Shown: positions 1-9,936, numbered from the stretch's first letter. The stretch is DNA of 64,000 nt from Bacteroidia bacterium (GCA_036274495.1 DASUFP010000041.1:627-64626), one strand, 5' to 3'. Notes: generated by a model not told the origin, from the letters alone. Program-made: numbers and translations.

Positions 1-932
1 AGAAATCCTTCCATTATTAAAAAAGGCTCATACACTTCTTCGATGGTTCCCGGCTCTTCTCCTACAGCAGTGGCAATGGTGTTTAGCCCAACCGGACCAC
101 CTTTGAATTTATCAATGATGGTGGTGAGAATTCTGTTGTCCATCTCATCCAATCCGTGTGCGTCAACGTTGAGGGCGTTAAGTGCATATTCAACTATGGC
201 ATTGTCGATTGCCCCGCTACCCTTTATCTGGGCAAAATCCCTGACCCTGCGCAACAATGCATTCGCAATCCTGGGCGTTCCCCTGCTGCGACGTGCTATT
301 TCATAAGCCGCACCATCTTCAATGGGAACCTTCAGGATATCTGCAGAGCGCAGCAGTATCAGCTGAAGCCGCTTGGCATCGTAATATTCCAGCCGCGATG
401 CAATACCAAACCGTGCACGCAAGGGTGAAGTCAGCAATCCCGAACGTGTTGTTGCCCCTATTAAAGTAAACGGATTGAGCTTTATCTGAACCGACCGTGC
501 ATTCGGACCGGTATCTATCATGATATCTATCCGGTAATCTTCCATCGCCGAATAGAGGTATTCCTCAACAATGGGGCTCAGCCGGTGAATTTCATCAATA
601 AACAGAACGTCGTTAGGCTCAAGGTTTGTCAGCAGTCCGGCCAGATCGCCGGGCTTATCCAACACAGGACCCGAAGTAACCCTTATGTTGACTCCCAGTT
701 CATTTGCTATTATGTTAGCCAGAGTCGTTTTCCCCAAACCGGGAGGGCCGTGGAGCAATACATGGTCCAGCGCCTCAGTTCTCAGCTGCGCTGCCTTTAC
801 AAAAACCTTAAGGTTTTCGACTACTCCGGACTGGCCGGTAAAATCGCTGAATTCCAGTGGCCGGAGCGCTTTCTCAAGCTCCCGGTCAATCGGGTTTAAC
901 GACTGTTCCTGTGGGTCTAAATTGGGATTCAA
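1..932 (-). CDS. ruvB: Holliday junction branch migration helicase RuvB; the window begins inside the gene, so its C-terminal end is missing. Likely TTG start at 930-932, with no in-frame ATG after the upstream stop.
   Basis: Reverse-strand translation gives [28 protein letters not shown] (Walker A) and [28 protein letters not shown] at the window edge. The reading frame is continuous from 932 to 1. Confidence 0.9.
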   Translation of the reverse strand, partial: MNPNLDPQEQSLNPIDRELEKALRPLEFSDFTGQSGVVENLKVFVKAAQLRTEALDHVLLHGPPGLGKTTLANIIANELGVNIRVTSGPVLDKPGDLAGLLTNLEPNDVLFIDEIHRLSPIVEEYLYSAMEDYRIDIMIDTGPNARSVQIKLNPFTLIGATTRSGLLTSPLRARFGIASRLEYYDAKRLQLILLRSADILKVPIEDGAAYEIARRSRGTPRIANALLRRVRDFAQIKGSGAIDNAIVEYALNALNVDAHGLDEMDNRILTTIIDKFKGGPVGLNTIATAVGEEPGTIEEVYEPFLIMEGF

Positions 933-984
933 CTGCTCTGTTGTATTGGCACGAATTTAATTAAAAGCTGCTAACAAGTGGTCG

Positions 985-1926
985 CTACATACTATGCAAA
1001 CTTTCAGCCATTTCCAGTTGCCAAATCATCACACTTCTGTCATCACTCGCCGTAATAAGTTTTCCGTCATCGTGCCAGACCAGCTTGTTGACAGAGGCTG
1101 TATGGCCATTGTATTGTTCTTTGTCGATTCGTTCGATCACTTCCATTGTATCGGCATTCCATATTTTTACCGTTTTATCACGGCTCGCAGTAGCAAAATA
1201 ATTTCCGTTCGGGTGTACCGCAATGGTATAAATAGCATAGTTATGCGCAGGAATACTCTGAAGAAGTCTGAAATTATTTTTTACATCATACACATTCAAG
1301 TGCGCATCTCTCGAACCCGACAACAGCAAATCGGTGCCGGGCAGAAGACAAAGGGCATTTACTGAAAATCCTTTCTGATGGGCTTCAAAATTGTTGAGCG
1401 GTTTTAAATCAGGTAAGCTGATTACATAAATTGAACCGTCAGCACTTCCTGCTATCAGCCGGTCATTTTGATCGTCAACCACAATTGCTCTCACTTTGCC
1501 GGTGCCAATATTAAATTTTGTCCGTGGAGCATAATCTGATAACTGTGAAACATGAATCGTTCCTGATCCGTCACCCGAAAACAAAAGATTGTGTTTGTAT
1601 GAAACTGCAATTACAAAAACCGGTGCGTTGTGATATTGTAACAAACGTATCTCTCTGTTTTCATTCAAATCAATTACATGAATGCCGCCGGCCGATTGTC
1701 CGGCAAGTAAAAAGTTATTTTCTTTTTGATGGAACAGTGAATAAACAACATTGTTTGCCGCAACCAGCTGAACCCCCGATTCATTACCTCCGGTATCCCA
1801 GAGCGCTACCATTCTGTCGCTGCCTGCAGAAACTACTTTAGGCTGGTTGTGCAGGGCAGCAAGCGTATATACTGCACCCGAATGACCGGTTAAATGGGCC
1901 AATCGTGTTATCTTTATCTCCTTCAT
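985..1926 (-). CDS. WD40 repeat protein. The ORF extends to 2007, but the first 27 aa are Cys/His-rich and not protein-like; the probable start is MKEIKITRL at 1926.
   Basis: Repeated WD-like units (HSGAVYTLA, SAGSDRMVALWD, SGSRDAHLNVYDV, TASRDKTVKIWN, TASDDRSVMIWQ). Confidence 0.7.
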   Translation of the reverse strand: MKEIKITRLAHLTGHSGAVYTLAALHNQPKVVSAGSDRMVALWDTGGNESGVQLVAANNVVYSLFHQKENNFLLAGQSAGGIHVIDLNENREIRLLQYHNAPVFVIAVSYKHNLLFSGDGSGTIHVSQLSDYAPRTKFNIGTGKVRAIVVDDQNDRLIAGSADGSIYVISLPDLKPLNNFEAHQKGFSVNALCLLPGTDLLLSGSRDAHLNVYDVKNNFRLLQSIPAHNYAIYTIAVHPNGNYFATASRDKTVKIWNADTMEVIERIDKEQYNGHTASVNKLVWHDDGKLITASDDRSVMIWQLEMAESLHSM

Positions 1927-2001
1927 TTGAGCGGCTAAAATTACACAATCCTTGCCAGAATGGCATTTATGCAGTCCCAACTGCCACAGGTTTAAGGAAT
2001 A

Positions 2002-2781
2002 ATGCAATGGTACGGTTTTGGAGATGCGTTTGCGCCTATGGACAAAGATTCAAAAAGAATACTTTACAGTTTTATACCGGGTATGGTGCTGCTCTCAGCA
2101 ATCTGGGCGGTTTTTCTGATAGAGCATATTTCAGGATATTCGCTCTCTGACTATGGAGTATTGCCCAGAACATTAACAGGATTAAGAGGCATTGTGGCAG
2201 CTCCGTTCCTTCACGGCGACATTAACCATATAGCTTCCAATTCGGCTCCTTTATTAGTGCTTGTTACCGGATTGGTATATTTTTATCGTCAGCTTGCTGT
2301 TAAAGTTTTCGTTGGTGTGTGGTTGATGGGAGGATTTTGGTTGTGGCTTGGTGGTCGTGAGGCCTATCACATTGGAGCAAGCGGAATCATTTACGGACTT
2401 ACCGCCTTTTTACTGTTCAGTGGCATCCTTAGAAAAGACACCAGGCTGATGGCGTTATCCTTATTGGTTGTTTTCCTTTACGGAGGAATGGTATGGGGGG
2501 TGTTCCCCCTATTTTATCATGTATCATGGGAAGCCCATTTATTTGGAGCTACCGCCGGATTTTTTATGGCGTGGCTCTACCGGAAAGAGGGTCCTCAGCG
2601 TAAAGTGTATGAGTGGGAACTCGAACCTGAAGAAGAGGAGGAGGAAACGGAAAATGATGAAGCTGACAGAGTAAAACCGGAACAGGGTTCGAATGTGCAC
2701 ATTCATTATATTTACAGACCGGCTGATTCGCCGGGATCAGCATCAGATAATGAAAATAAGCCCGGTGGTTCAGATGAATAA
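2002..2781 (+). CDS. Rhomboid-family intramembrane serine protease with an acidic Glu-rich C-terminal tail (alternative start at 2038).
   Basis: Multi-TM protein with GASGIIYGL (GxSG catalytic Ser) and a downstream HLFGATAGF catalytic His motif; C-terminal EPEEEEEETENDEAD tail. Confidence 0.8.
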   Translation: MQWYGFGDAFAPMDKDSKRILYSFIPGMVLLSAIWAVFLIEHISGYSLSDYGVLPRTLTGLRGIVAAPFLHGDINHIASNSAPLLVLVTGLVYFYRQLAVKVFVGVWLMGGFWLWLGGREAYHIGASGIIYGLTAFLLFSGILRKDTRLMALSLLVVFLYGGMVWGVFPLFYHVSWEAHLFGATAGFFMAWLYRKEGPQRKVYEWELEPEEEEEETENDEADRVKPEQGSNVHIHYIYRPADSPGSASDNENKPGGSDE

Positions 2782-3175
2782 AATTGAACATATAGGCATA
2801 GCCGTTAAAGACATTTCTGCATCAGAAATACTTTATGAAAAATTGCTCGGAGTTGCTCCTTATAAATCCGAAATAGTGGAATCGGAAGGTGTCACAACTT
2901 CCTTTTTTTTAGTTGGAACCAACAAGATTGAATTACTGGAAGCAACCCATCCCGGTAGTCCGATTTCTAAATTTATTGAAAAACGCGGTGAAGGAATTCA
3001 TCACATTGCTTTTGAAGTTAATGACATTGAAGCTGAAATGAATCGGCTGCGCGCTGCGGGATTTACACTGCTGAATGAGTTCCCAAAAAGGGGCGCCGAT
3101 AACAAACTTGTCTGTTTTGTTCATCCTAAGGGAACAAATGGCGTGCTGGTAGAATTATGCCAGGAGATAAAATAA
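2774..3175 (+). CDS. Methylmalonyl-CoA epimerase / glyoxalase-VOC family protein (start at MNKIEH inside the longer ORF).
   Basis: MNKIEHIGIAVKDI...GEGIHHIAFEVNDIEAEMNRLRAAGF is typical of VOC-fold MCE; 134 aa. Confidence 0.75.
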   Translation: MNKIEHIGIAVKDISASEILYEKLLGVAPYKSEIVESEGVTTSFFLVGTNKIELLEATHPGSPISKFIEKRGEGIHHIAFEVNDIEAEMNRLRAAGFTLLNEFPKRGADNKLVCFVHPKGTNGVLVELCQEIK

Positions 3176-3214
3176 GATGCCGGTCTTAATAAAGCGGGGT
3201 GAAACGGAATGCCA

Positions 3215-3826
3215 TCAACTTTTTAATAACGCTGAAACGAAATCTTCAACCTGTACCCCGTCTATCAACTGGCGTGAAATTAAATTTACTGCTGCACCTC
3301 CCACAACATGTTGCGGTGAATCATCGATGAATAATGTTTCTTCGGCAACCAGATTGTTTTCATCTATCACCAATTGAAAAATTTCAGCATCAGGTTTGCG
3401 CATTCCAAGGAAACAAGAATAATAAACCTTTTCAAAAAGCAATTCAAAATCCGGTCCGACCATTGGCTGAAAACCGTTGATATGAATGTAATTGGTGTTG
3501 CTCAGCAAAAAAATTCTGTATTTTTTCCCTATTTCCTTTAACCAGTCTGTTCTGCCTTCCGGAATACCAATCAGCATTGCATTCCACGCCATGTCAATTT
3601 GAGTGTCGGTCACTGATTCGGGTAAATATGCCTTCACCTCTTTTCGAAAATCCTCAACCGACAGCTTGCCCTTTTCAAAATTGTCGAAAAAGTGATCCTG
3701 CTTTTTTTTCGAATAAAGTGAGTCAAATTGCTGCAATCCGAGTTCTTTAAAAGCGGATGCTGTGAGGTCATAATCGATTTTAAAGATTACTCCTCCAAGG
3801 TCAAAAATGATGTTGTTTATGGCCAT
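3215..3826 (-). CDS. HAD-superfamily hydrolase (subfamily IA-like).
   Basis: N-terminal IIFDLGGVI (DxG motif I), hhhSN motif II region, C-terminal FIDD motif. Confidence 0.75.
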   Translation of the reverse strand: MAINNIIFDLGGVIFKIDYDLTASAFKELGLQQFDSLYSKKKQDHFFDNFEKGKLSVEDFRKEVKAYLPESVTDTQIDMAWNAMLIGIPEGRTDWLKEIGKKYRIFLLSNTNYIHINGFQPMVGPDFELLFEKVYYSCFLGMRKPDAEIFQLVIDENNLVAEETLFIDDSPQHVVGGAAVNLISRQLIDGVQVEDFVSALLKS

Positions 3827-3968
3827 TTGTCCTGAACTTGAAGCAAATATACGGTTGCCGGCACGCCTAAGCCCCGCCGTTTAACATAATTTGGCATTTC
3901 ATAGGGACTATTTTCTGAAAATCGGGGAAAATTTCCGACATTTGCCGTCCGCTTCAGAAACCCTTTTA

Positions 3969-4042
3969 GGGCCTATAGCTCAGTCGGTTAGAGCAACAGA
4001 CTCATAATCTGTGGGTCCCTGGTTCGAGCCCAGGTAGGCCCA
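3969..4042 (+). tRNA. tRNA-Met (anticodon CAU); probably elongator Met, or tRNA-Ile2 if C34 is lysidinylated. CCA is not encoded.
   Basis: 74-nt cloverleaf: acceptor GGGCCTA/TAGGCCC, D-arm GCTC-AGTCGGTTA-GAGC, anticodon stem ACAGA/TCTGT with loop CTCATAA, T-arm CCTGG-TTCGAGC-CCAGG, discriminator A. The anticodon stem is not GGG/CCC, so it is not an initiator. Confidence 0.85.
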
Positions 4043-4054
4043 CGAAGTGGGACT

Positions 4055-4088
4055 AAATCCCTTCAGCAAAGCTGATGGGATTTTTTAT
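4055..4088 (+). terminator. Intrinsic terminator downstream of the tRNA.
   Basis: AAATCCC-15-nt loop-GGGATTT followed by TTTTTTATT. Confidence 0.55.
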
Positions 4089-4125
4089 TGCGCCGGCAAA
4101 AAACATGGGCGAGAAGTTTATCCCG

Positions 4126-5385
4126 CTACCAGATCATCAAATACAGTAAAACTCCCGAAGCCAGCGTCATGATGAAAAGAGTGATAACACCCAGTACATT
4201 CGAGCGACGGGTATTGGTGAATCGGCCCATAATGGCTTTGTTGTTTGCTATATGCAATATTATTGCTATGATAACCGGTGCTGTTAACCCATATAAAACT
4301 GCAGCATAAATAAGCGACTGAACAGGACTGAATCCCAGTCCTGTTATCAAAACCGACACCACCATTGCAATAATCAAAATAATATAAAACCCCTTTGCCT
4401 CCGCAAACTTTTTGTTAAATCCCTCTTCCATCTGAAAAGCCTCGGCCATCAAATAAGATAACGAACCGGCCAGCACGGGTATGGCCAGAAACCCTGTTCC
4501 GATAACACCTATAGAAAACAACAAGTATGACATTTCACCTGCCAAAGGTCGCAACGCCTGTGCTGCCTGTTCAACCGTTTGTACATCATGAATTCCGGCA
4601 TTATACAACACCGTTCCGGCCGTTAATATGATAAAATAAAAGACCAGATTCGAAAAGGCAATTCCAAAATCCACATCTACCCGCATTGCACCAATTATTC
4701 TTTTGTCAACTACCAGTTTTCTTTCAATTACTTCTTCCACCTCCATATTTGCCTGCCAAAAGAAAAGATAAGGCGAAATGGTTGTACCCAAAATTCCCAC
4801 CAATGCCATAAGGTATGCTTTCGAAAAAACAATTTCCGGTATAAACGTACTTCGTATCAGTTGCAGCAGGTCTGGTTTGGTAAGCAGCGGGACTATTAAA
4901 TAACACAATAAAACGGCACACATGTATTTCAGTATTGCACCGATTCTTACATACGATAACTGAATAACGGCCCATGTAATAAAAAAGGCAAACAACAAAC
5001 TGAACCAGGCAGGTGAAACTTCCGGTACCAGCATATTGGCAACAGCTCCCATTCCGGCAAGATCAGCTCCAATATTAATTGTAATAGCCGGAAAACTGAA
5101 AAGTATCATCAGCCACATTACCCATCGCGGATAGTGCAATCGCAATGTGCCCGTGAGTCCGCGGCGCGTAACCAGACCGATCCGTGCACACATTTCCTGA
5201 AGCGATGCCATTAGCGGAAACGTTACTAAAGCGGTCCATAAAAAACCGGTCCCAAATTGTGCTCCTGCCTGAGAATATGTTGCAATCCCCGAAGGATCGT
5301 CATCGGAAGCACCGGTAATAAGGCCGGGGCCCAACTGTTTCCAGAAGCTAAGCTTTTTACGTTTTACCTTTTTACGCTTTCCCAT
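4126..5385 (-). CDS. mntH: NRAMP-family divalent metal (Mn2+/Fe2+) transporter.
   Basis: Basic N-terminus then GPGLITGASDDDPSGIATYSQAGAQFGTGFLW (NRAMP signature region); about 11 TM segments. Confidence 0.85.
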   Translation of the reverse strand: MGKRKKVKRKKLSFWKQLGPGLITGASDDDPSGIATYSQAGAQFGTGFLWTALVTFPLMASLQEMCARIGLVTRRGLTGTLRLHYPRWVMWLMILFSFPAITINIGADLAGMGAVANMLVPEVSPAWFSLLFAFFITWAVIQLSYVRIGAILKYMCAVLLCYLIVPLLTKPDLLQLIRSTFIPEIVFSKAYLMALVGILGTTISPYLFFWQANMEVEEVIERKLVVDKRIIGAMRVDVDFGIAFSNLVFYFIILTAGTVLYNAGIHDVQTVEQAAQALRPLAGEMSYLLFSIGVIGTGFLAIPVLAGSLSYLMAEAFQMEEGFNKKFAEAKGFYIILIIAMVVSVLITGLGFSPVQSLIYAAVLYGLTAPVIIAIILHIANNKAIMGRFTNTRRSNVLGVITLFIMTLASGVLLYLMIW

Positions 5386-5440
5386 ACCCGAGCACCGGAA
5401 TGAAATAAAACCTAAACAGTTTTCCTTTTTGCTTGTGACG

Positions 5441-5452
5441 AAACATGTGTTT
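5441..5452 (-). promoter_or_regulatory. Inverted repeat AAACA-N2-TGTTT about 55 nt upstream of the mntH start; candidate operator (speculative).
   Basis: The sequence AAACATGTGTTT in the short mntH 5' region is palindromic at 10 of 12 positions. Confidence 0.2.
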
Positions 5453-5477
5453 ATTTGAAATGAACTTAATTATTTTT

Positions 5478-7034
5478 TCAGTTAATAAACAACATTTTCC
5501 TGCGTACAACGGAAGCGCCAGAAACTATTTCATAGGAGTAGGTGCCCGCGGCAAGGCCATACTTTTTCGGATCAAAAACAACAACATGTTTGCCCTGATT
5601 GTAAAATTGGTTGTTGGAAACCATGCAGGTTACTCTGCCGGTTAAATCATAAATTTTGATTGTAACAAATGAGGGTGCATGCAGCTTAAAGCTAAATGCG
5701 GTCTGGTCAGAAAACGGGTTGGGATAGTTTTGCTCGTGCAGCAATGAATTCTCTGATTCCAACAATGCATTTCCTGTTAAAGTTGAAGTGTCAACGATTG
5801 CCGTCCAAACCGATAAATTAAAATTGTCCAATCGGGTCCAAATCGGTCTCACAACATTATCATACGCTGTAATATTTGTATAATCCCCAAAAAAAACACC
5901 ACTTGACGGTATGAACGGCGAACTGCTTACTTTAAAATTTGTAAAAGTGTTGCCACCGTCTTTTGATACGGCCATAAATACATCTGTTGTTGTATTCGAA
6001 TAATTTCTTCTGTCGTAAAAAACAAACCATAAATACCCGGTAGCCTGATCAACTGTCATCCAGGTAAAAAATTGCTGTCGTTGTGTGGTATCATCATTTA
6101 CACGCGCCGGTGTTGACCATGTCGCTCCACCATCAGTCGATTTTACTAACCATACATCTGTATCTGTGATGCCATTGCGCTGATCGCACCAATTAATATA
6201 GATTGTACCGGTATTGGGACCACCACTTCTGTCACAGACAGTAACAGGCAAACCGTTCGCCCGGTAAATTCCCGGAATGTCCATATCCCAACCTCCTGGC
6301 ATCGGATCAACAACCTGCTCCTGTGCCATCCATGTTTGGCCGCCGTTGAGTGACTTGTTAAATACTATTCCCTGCGGTCCTGCCCATGCAACATATACCT
6401 GTCCGTTTGGTCCGGCGGCAGGTACTGCACCTTCAACAGTGTTATCGCTGTCAAGACAGTCGCCTCCCAACGCATTTATCCGGACCGGAGCACTCCAGCT
6501 GGTCCCCTGATCTGAAGAAGAGGCAAAAAATATCCTCGAACTATCGAGCGGGTTGTTGCTGCCATATTGATCAAATTCGGTCCAGCACATATAGATGGTA
6601 TTCGTTGAACGGTCGATGTCGATCCATTGCTTATCCTGCATTTTGGAGCCATTGAGTCCTGCAAAGGAGCCATTGTTCCAGGCCTGACCGGGAGCGGCAG
6701 TACGCTGGCAGACAATACGGTCGATCCAGTTTCCGCCAGGGGGATTTGAAAGGTGGAAAAAATAAAATGCCCCGGCCGTATCACAGGCAATGGCAGGATC
6801 GCCCCATACTCCATACGTGCTGGTTAAGGTGCCGGAGGTCCAGGTAAAACCCCCGTCGGTAGAATAATAGAAGTTGTCGATATTGCTGGCAGCGACAAGT
6901 TCTGACGTGTTGTTTGGGTTAATCGAAATCGCAGGTTCATTTGGTGAATTATTATTGCCAACCAATACGTTTAAATGTTGCCCGGAGGTTATTCCGGATG
7001 TAAGTATCAGTATGAAAAGTAACAGCGAACGCAT
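5478..7034 (-). CDS. Secreted BNR/Asp-box repeat (sialidase-like beta-propeller) protein with a T9SS type A C-terminal sorting domain.
   Basis: Signal peptide MRSLLLFILILTSGITSG; at least 5 Asp-box-like motifs (STDGGFTW, SSDQGTSW, KSLNGGQTW, KSTDGGATW, VSKDGGNTF); C-terminal NYPNPFSDQTAFSF...VRRKMLFIN matches the Por-secretion tail. Confidence 0.8.
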   Translation of the reverse strand: MRSLLLFILILTSGITSGQHLNVLVGNNNSPNEPAISINPNNTSELVAASNIDNFYYSTDGGFTWTSGTLTSTYGVWGDPAIACDTAGAFYFFHLSNPPGGNWIDRIVCQRTAAPGQAWNNGSFAGLNGSKMQDKQWIDIDRSTNTIYMCWTEFDQYGSNNPLDSSRIFFASSSDQGTSWSAPVRINALGGDCLDSDNTVEGAVPAAGPNGQVYVAWAGPQGIVFNKSLNGGQTWMAQEQVVDPMPGGWDMDIPGIYRANGLPVTVCDRSGGPNTGTIYINWCDQRNGITDTDVWLVKSTDGGATWSTPARVNDDTTQRQQFFTWMTVDQATGYLWFVFYDRRNYSNTTTDVFMAVSKDGGNTFTNFKVSSSPFIPSSGVFFGDYTNITAYDNVVRPIWTRLDNFNLSVWTAIVDTSTLTGNALLESENSLLHEQNYPNPFSDQTAFSFKLHAPSFVTIKIYDLTGRVTCMVSNNQFYNQGKHVVVFDPKKYGLAAGTYSYEIVSGASVVRRKMLFIN

Positions 7035-7199
7035 ATCAGTAGGGATTAAATTCCTGTTGGCAATCCTTGCCGAACGGATCAGTCATGTAATGCTGGATTT
7101 TTAATTACCTGATACAAACCTACTCATTGGTTCTCATAAATGTAATATTTCTGACCTTTTTAACCAAACTGTGTTTCAAAGGATTGGTATTATAGTACT

Positions 7200-7442
7200 A
7201 TGAGAAGAATGCGCTTTCTTATTGAAGACCTCGAAGACAGGGCAGGTGTTTTGCTGGAATCGGGTAACTTTATAGCCATGCGGCGAGAACGGGGTAAAAC
7301 CTGCGCGCTGTATGAGTTGTATGGTGTTTATGTTGAAGTGGTCGTTAAAAAAAGACAGGTACAGTGCATCGAATTCCTTTACGATACCAACCGTCTTGCT
7401 CAATACATTCGTAAAACCGAATTAAAGGCATTTTTCAGCTGA
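7200..7442 (+). CDS. Small hypothetical protein (80 aa) with its own downstream terminator.
   Basis: Protein-like composition (MRRMRFLIEDLEDRAGVLLESGNFIAM...); a hairpin plus T-run follows at 7500-7541 on the same strand; no recognisable family. Confidence 0.35.
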   Translation: MRRMRFLIEDLEDRAGVLLESGNFIAMRRERGKTCALYELYGVYVEVVVKKRQVQCIEFLYDTNRLAQYIRKTELKAFFS

Positions 7443-7499
7443 CCTTCCCTGCCGGGCGAGGAATCAACTACCTACTATTCGTATAATTTTTACTCAATC

Positions 7500-7541
7500 G
7501 TGAAGCGAGCTTTATCGCTGCAATATGCTTCACTCCTTTTT
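7500..7541 (+). terminator. Intrinsic terminator for the 7200-7442 ORF.
   Basis: GTGAAGC...GCTTCAC stem (7 bp, with internal AGCGA/TCGCT) followed by TCCTTTTT. Confidence 0.4.
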
Positions 7542-7560
7542 GCTCCTGTTCAAGAAGCTT

Positions 7561-7594
7561 ACAAAAATAAAAAAGCATCTCTTTATGGAGATGC
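7561..7594 (-). terminator. Intrinsic terminator for the FadL-like OMP gene.
   Basis: GCATCTC-TTTATG-GAGATGC hairpin 24 nt past the stop, followed on the minus strand by TTTTTTATTTTTG. Confidence 0.6.
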
Positions 7595-7617
7595 TCTGAA
7601 TTTTTATGTTTCTGCTA

Positions 7618-8925
7618 TCAGAAGTTCAAATTCAATCCCAGTGCTACGGTTGACATCTGATTTTGGGTTGCAACCTCTACATCCATCGGATACGCGTTGA
7701 GGGCCTTTACCGTATCCTTTTTAAATACATTGAGCATATACCCAAAAGTGAAGTCGACAATTTTAGAAACGCTATAAGTAATCCCTGTGTTAATACTGAA
7801 ATTATCATCAATAAGTGTCTCAAAAGCTCCAGGCTGGGTAAAATACCCGTCTTTGTCGGCATAGTTGTACACTGACCAGGTGCCTCCGATACTTGCTCTC
7901 ATTTTTGTTGAAACGGCATATTCCATAGCCAAAGCTGTCATGGATGCATTTCCTGCCATCGCTGAATATTCCTTTTCTTCACCTGCAACATTACCGGTTC
8001 CCCAATCGGCCTTAGTCTGAAAATAATAGTTGTAATCGGCCATCATTTTGAACCGCGGTGTGAATTTATATTCAATTCCTGTTGCAAACGCAGCCGGTAA
8101 ATCGCGGGCCGATTTAGAACCATCAGCAGTAACACCAAAGTCGTCGGTGATGGTTTTTGTTTTAAAATCAAGATTTACCTTGCTCTCATAACGCAACGTG
8201 AGTTTGAAATTTTCTCCCGGTGTAATCATCATGCTTGCAATTACGCCGCCGCCTGAAGCAGCATCTTCAGATTTCAGAACTAACGGTGCATCCGGCAAAT
8301 CGTAAGGAGATGCTGATAGTGTTAATCCTGCATTTGCAGTATTTTTTGCTGTTATATAGCGTGCAGTCATACCAACAGAAATGGTTTTATTAAAGCTGTA
8401 TGATGCGCCGGCAATAATAGTATGATATGCAGATGATGCTTTAAAGAATTGTTGTGAGGTTGCTCCATAAGCACCCTGAGCACCCATCAGCGCCTGTAAT
8501 GCAATTAAATCGGTATTGATTGAACCGCCGGAGTAATTGGCAGTTGCGCCTCCGCCTGATAAATAATAGCCTGTATAAAATGCTGTGTTGGCACGGTTGA
8601 ATGATGCATACAGGTTAGGTAATACCCAATCGGCACCATCTTGTGTTGCAGATTGTGGACCGTCGCCGAAGCCCAGGTTGTAAAAGTGTTCCGGATTGCG
8701 GAAGAGGCTCTGGTTGCCAATTGAAATATGTACACCCGGCGTTAGTTGAGTCATTCCCGCAGGATTGTAAACAGCAGCATCCGGCGCATCAGTTGAAGCG
8801 TTTCTGGCACCTGTACGTACCCATTCGGGACTCAGATTTACCAGGTTATCAATTTGTGCATTTGCCATACCGGAAATCATTGCGATTCCCATTAACAGCA
8901 CCCATTTACTATTCATTGGTTTCAT
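7618..8925 (-). CDS. FadL/TodX-family outer-membrane beta-barrel transporter (hydrophobic compound uptake), putative.
   Basis: Signal peptide; N-terminal AAVYNPAG (NPA hatch motif as in FadL); 435 aa rich in alternating beta-strand residues; C-terminal LGLNLNF ending in Phe. Confidence 0.55.
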   Translation of the reverse strand: MKPMNSKWVLLMGIAMISGMANAQIDNLVNLSPEWVRTGARNASTDAPDAAVYNPAGMTQLTPGVHISIGNQSLFRNPEHFYNLGFGDGPQSATQDGADWVLPNLYASFNRANTAFYTGYYLSGGGATANYSGGSINTDLIALQALMGAQGAYGATSQQFFKASSAYHTIIAGASYSFNKTISVGMTARYITAKNTANAGLTLSASPYDLPDAPLVLKSEDAASGGGVIASMMITPGENFKLTLRYESKVNLDFKTKTITDDFGVTADGSKSARDLPAAFATGIEYKFTPRFKMMADYNYYFQTKADWGTGNVAGEEKEYSAMAGNASMTALAMEYAVSTKMRASIGGTWSVYNYADKDGYFTQPGAFETLIDDNFSINTGITYSVSKIVDFTFGYMLNVFKKDTVKALNAYPMDVEVATQNQMSTVALGLNLNF

Positions 8926-8978
8926 GGTTGTATTGGTTGAATAATGGGCTTATACGCCATTCTTCGGTAATGGTTACC

Positions 8979-9006
8979 ATAAAAAAAGCGGGCTTACGGG
9001 CCCGCT
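8979..9006 (-). terminator. Intrinsic terminator for the 9032-9727 gene.
   Basis: AGCGGGC-TTACGG-GCCCGCT hairpin followed on the minus strand by TTTTTTTATG. Confidence 0.6.
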
Positions 9007-9031
9007 GAAACCAACATTACACAATTCTCAA

Positions 9032-9727
9032 TTATCCATGGCTGATAAAGTAATTCAGATCACGTATACTGCTTTCGAATGTAAAAGCGTCGTTAACTAT
9101 CCAGAAATTGTTTTTGTCGACTACCTTACAGTATGCAAACTTGGCCAGATCCAGTTTGTAAGAATCGAAGGTGAGCAAACGCATCAGTTCTCCAATTTGA
9201 CGTGAAGTCATATAGTTTGCATCTATAGCTTGTTTTGCAATTTGTAATTTACTGCTGTCGAAGCTGCGTTGCATTATAGTCCTTCGGAGTTGTTCAAAAT
9301 CTTCGGGATGCATTCCGGTATATACCGGAGCCTGATTAAAACCAAGTGGTGGCGGTGCCTGACAACCGGGTTCGATATACAATGCATTAACACTATAAAT
9401 CCTGAACCTGTAATAACGGTCGATGAGTGCATTCACACTGGCTTGTGCAGGGATTTCAATTCTGCCGTTGTAAATAACTGTTCCGTGGTGTGCGGCAAAT
9501 TGTCCGTGTGAAGCAAATGGTCTGCGGATTACTGTCAACTGGTGAAATCCCGGTGTGATTCCTGAGATATCAAATAATTCAGTTGATGTGTTAAACTGAT
9601 TTCCATCCAACACCACAGTAAACTGGGTGCGGTCAAACAGCCTTAAATGCAGTTCGGACAGTTCGTGGTCCGCCTGCACACGCGCAAAGGCAATAAGAAG
9701 CGCTGCGGTAAGTAATAGTTTTTTCAT
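9032..9727 (-). CDS. Secreted hypothetical protein, DUF4476-like (start at MKKLLLTAAL).
   Basis: Signal peptide; C-terminal region ...SRQIGELMRLLTFDSYKLDLAKFAYCKVVDKNNF... resembles the DUF4476 domain of Bacteroidetes; family assignment from memory only. Confidence 0.5.
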   Translation of the reverse strand: MKKLLLTAALLIAFARVQADHELSELHLRLFDRTQFTVVLDGNQFNTSTELFDISGITPGFHQLTVIRRPFASHGQFAAHHGTVIYNGRIEIPAQASVNALIDRYYRFRIYSVNALYIEPGCQAPPPLGFNQAPVYTGMHPEDFEQLRRTIMQRSFDSSKLQIAKQAIDANYMTSRQIGELMRLLTFDSYKLDLAKFAYCKVVDKNNFWIVNDAFTFESSIRDLNYFISHG

Positions 9728-9936
9728 GGTACTGTCCTCCATTTTTTTAGTTATGCACGGACATTACCAAGCGGCGTGCCAAAGTCGCTGAAAGGGTTGG
9801 TAATAGGTTGATATTGAGCCTGAAAAGTAAGTCAGGTGCGCTTAAAGAATCAGCCGTTAAGCGTGATTGCTTATGCTAACCGGAGAATGATTAACCTGAA
9901 AGAATAGCTGCTTAATCCCTCAAACGAGATCTGAAA

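Noticed and set aside
2600-2680. GAA/GAG trinucleotide run near the end of the rhomboid gene, looked at as a possible repeat element
   Set aside because: It is in frame and encodes the poly-Glu acidic tail of the protein; it is simple codon repetition, not a mobile or regulatory repeat.
3701-3712. A8/T8 homopolymer tracts inside the HAD and BNR genes as phase-variation sites
   Set aside because: The tracts are short (8 nt), in frame (encoding KKK or FF), and have no associated duplicated-gene or invertible-promoter context.
5386-5477. DtxR iron-box upstream of mntH
   Set aside because: Only a TTAGGTT half-site is present (9 of 19 to the consensus). I report the AAACA-N2-TGTTT dyad instead, as a low-confidence candidate.
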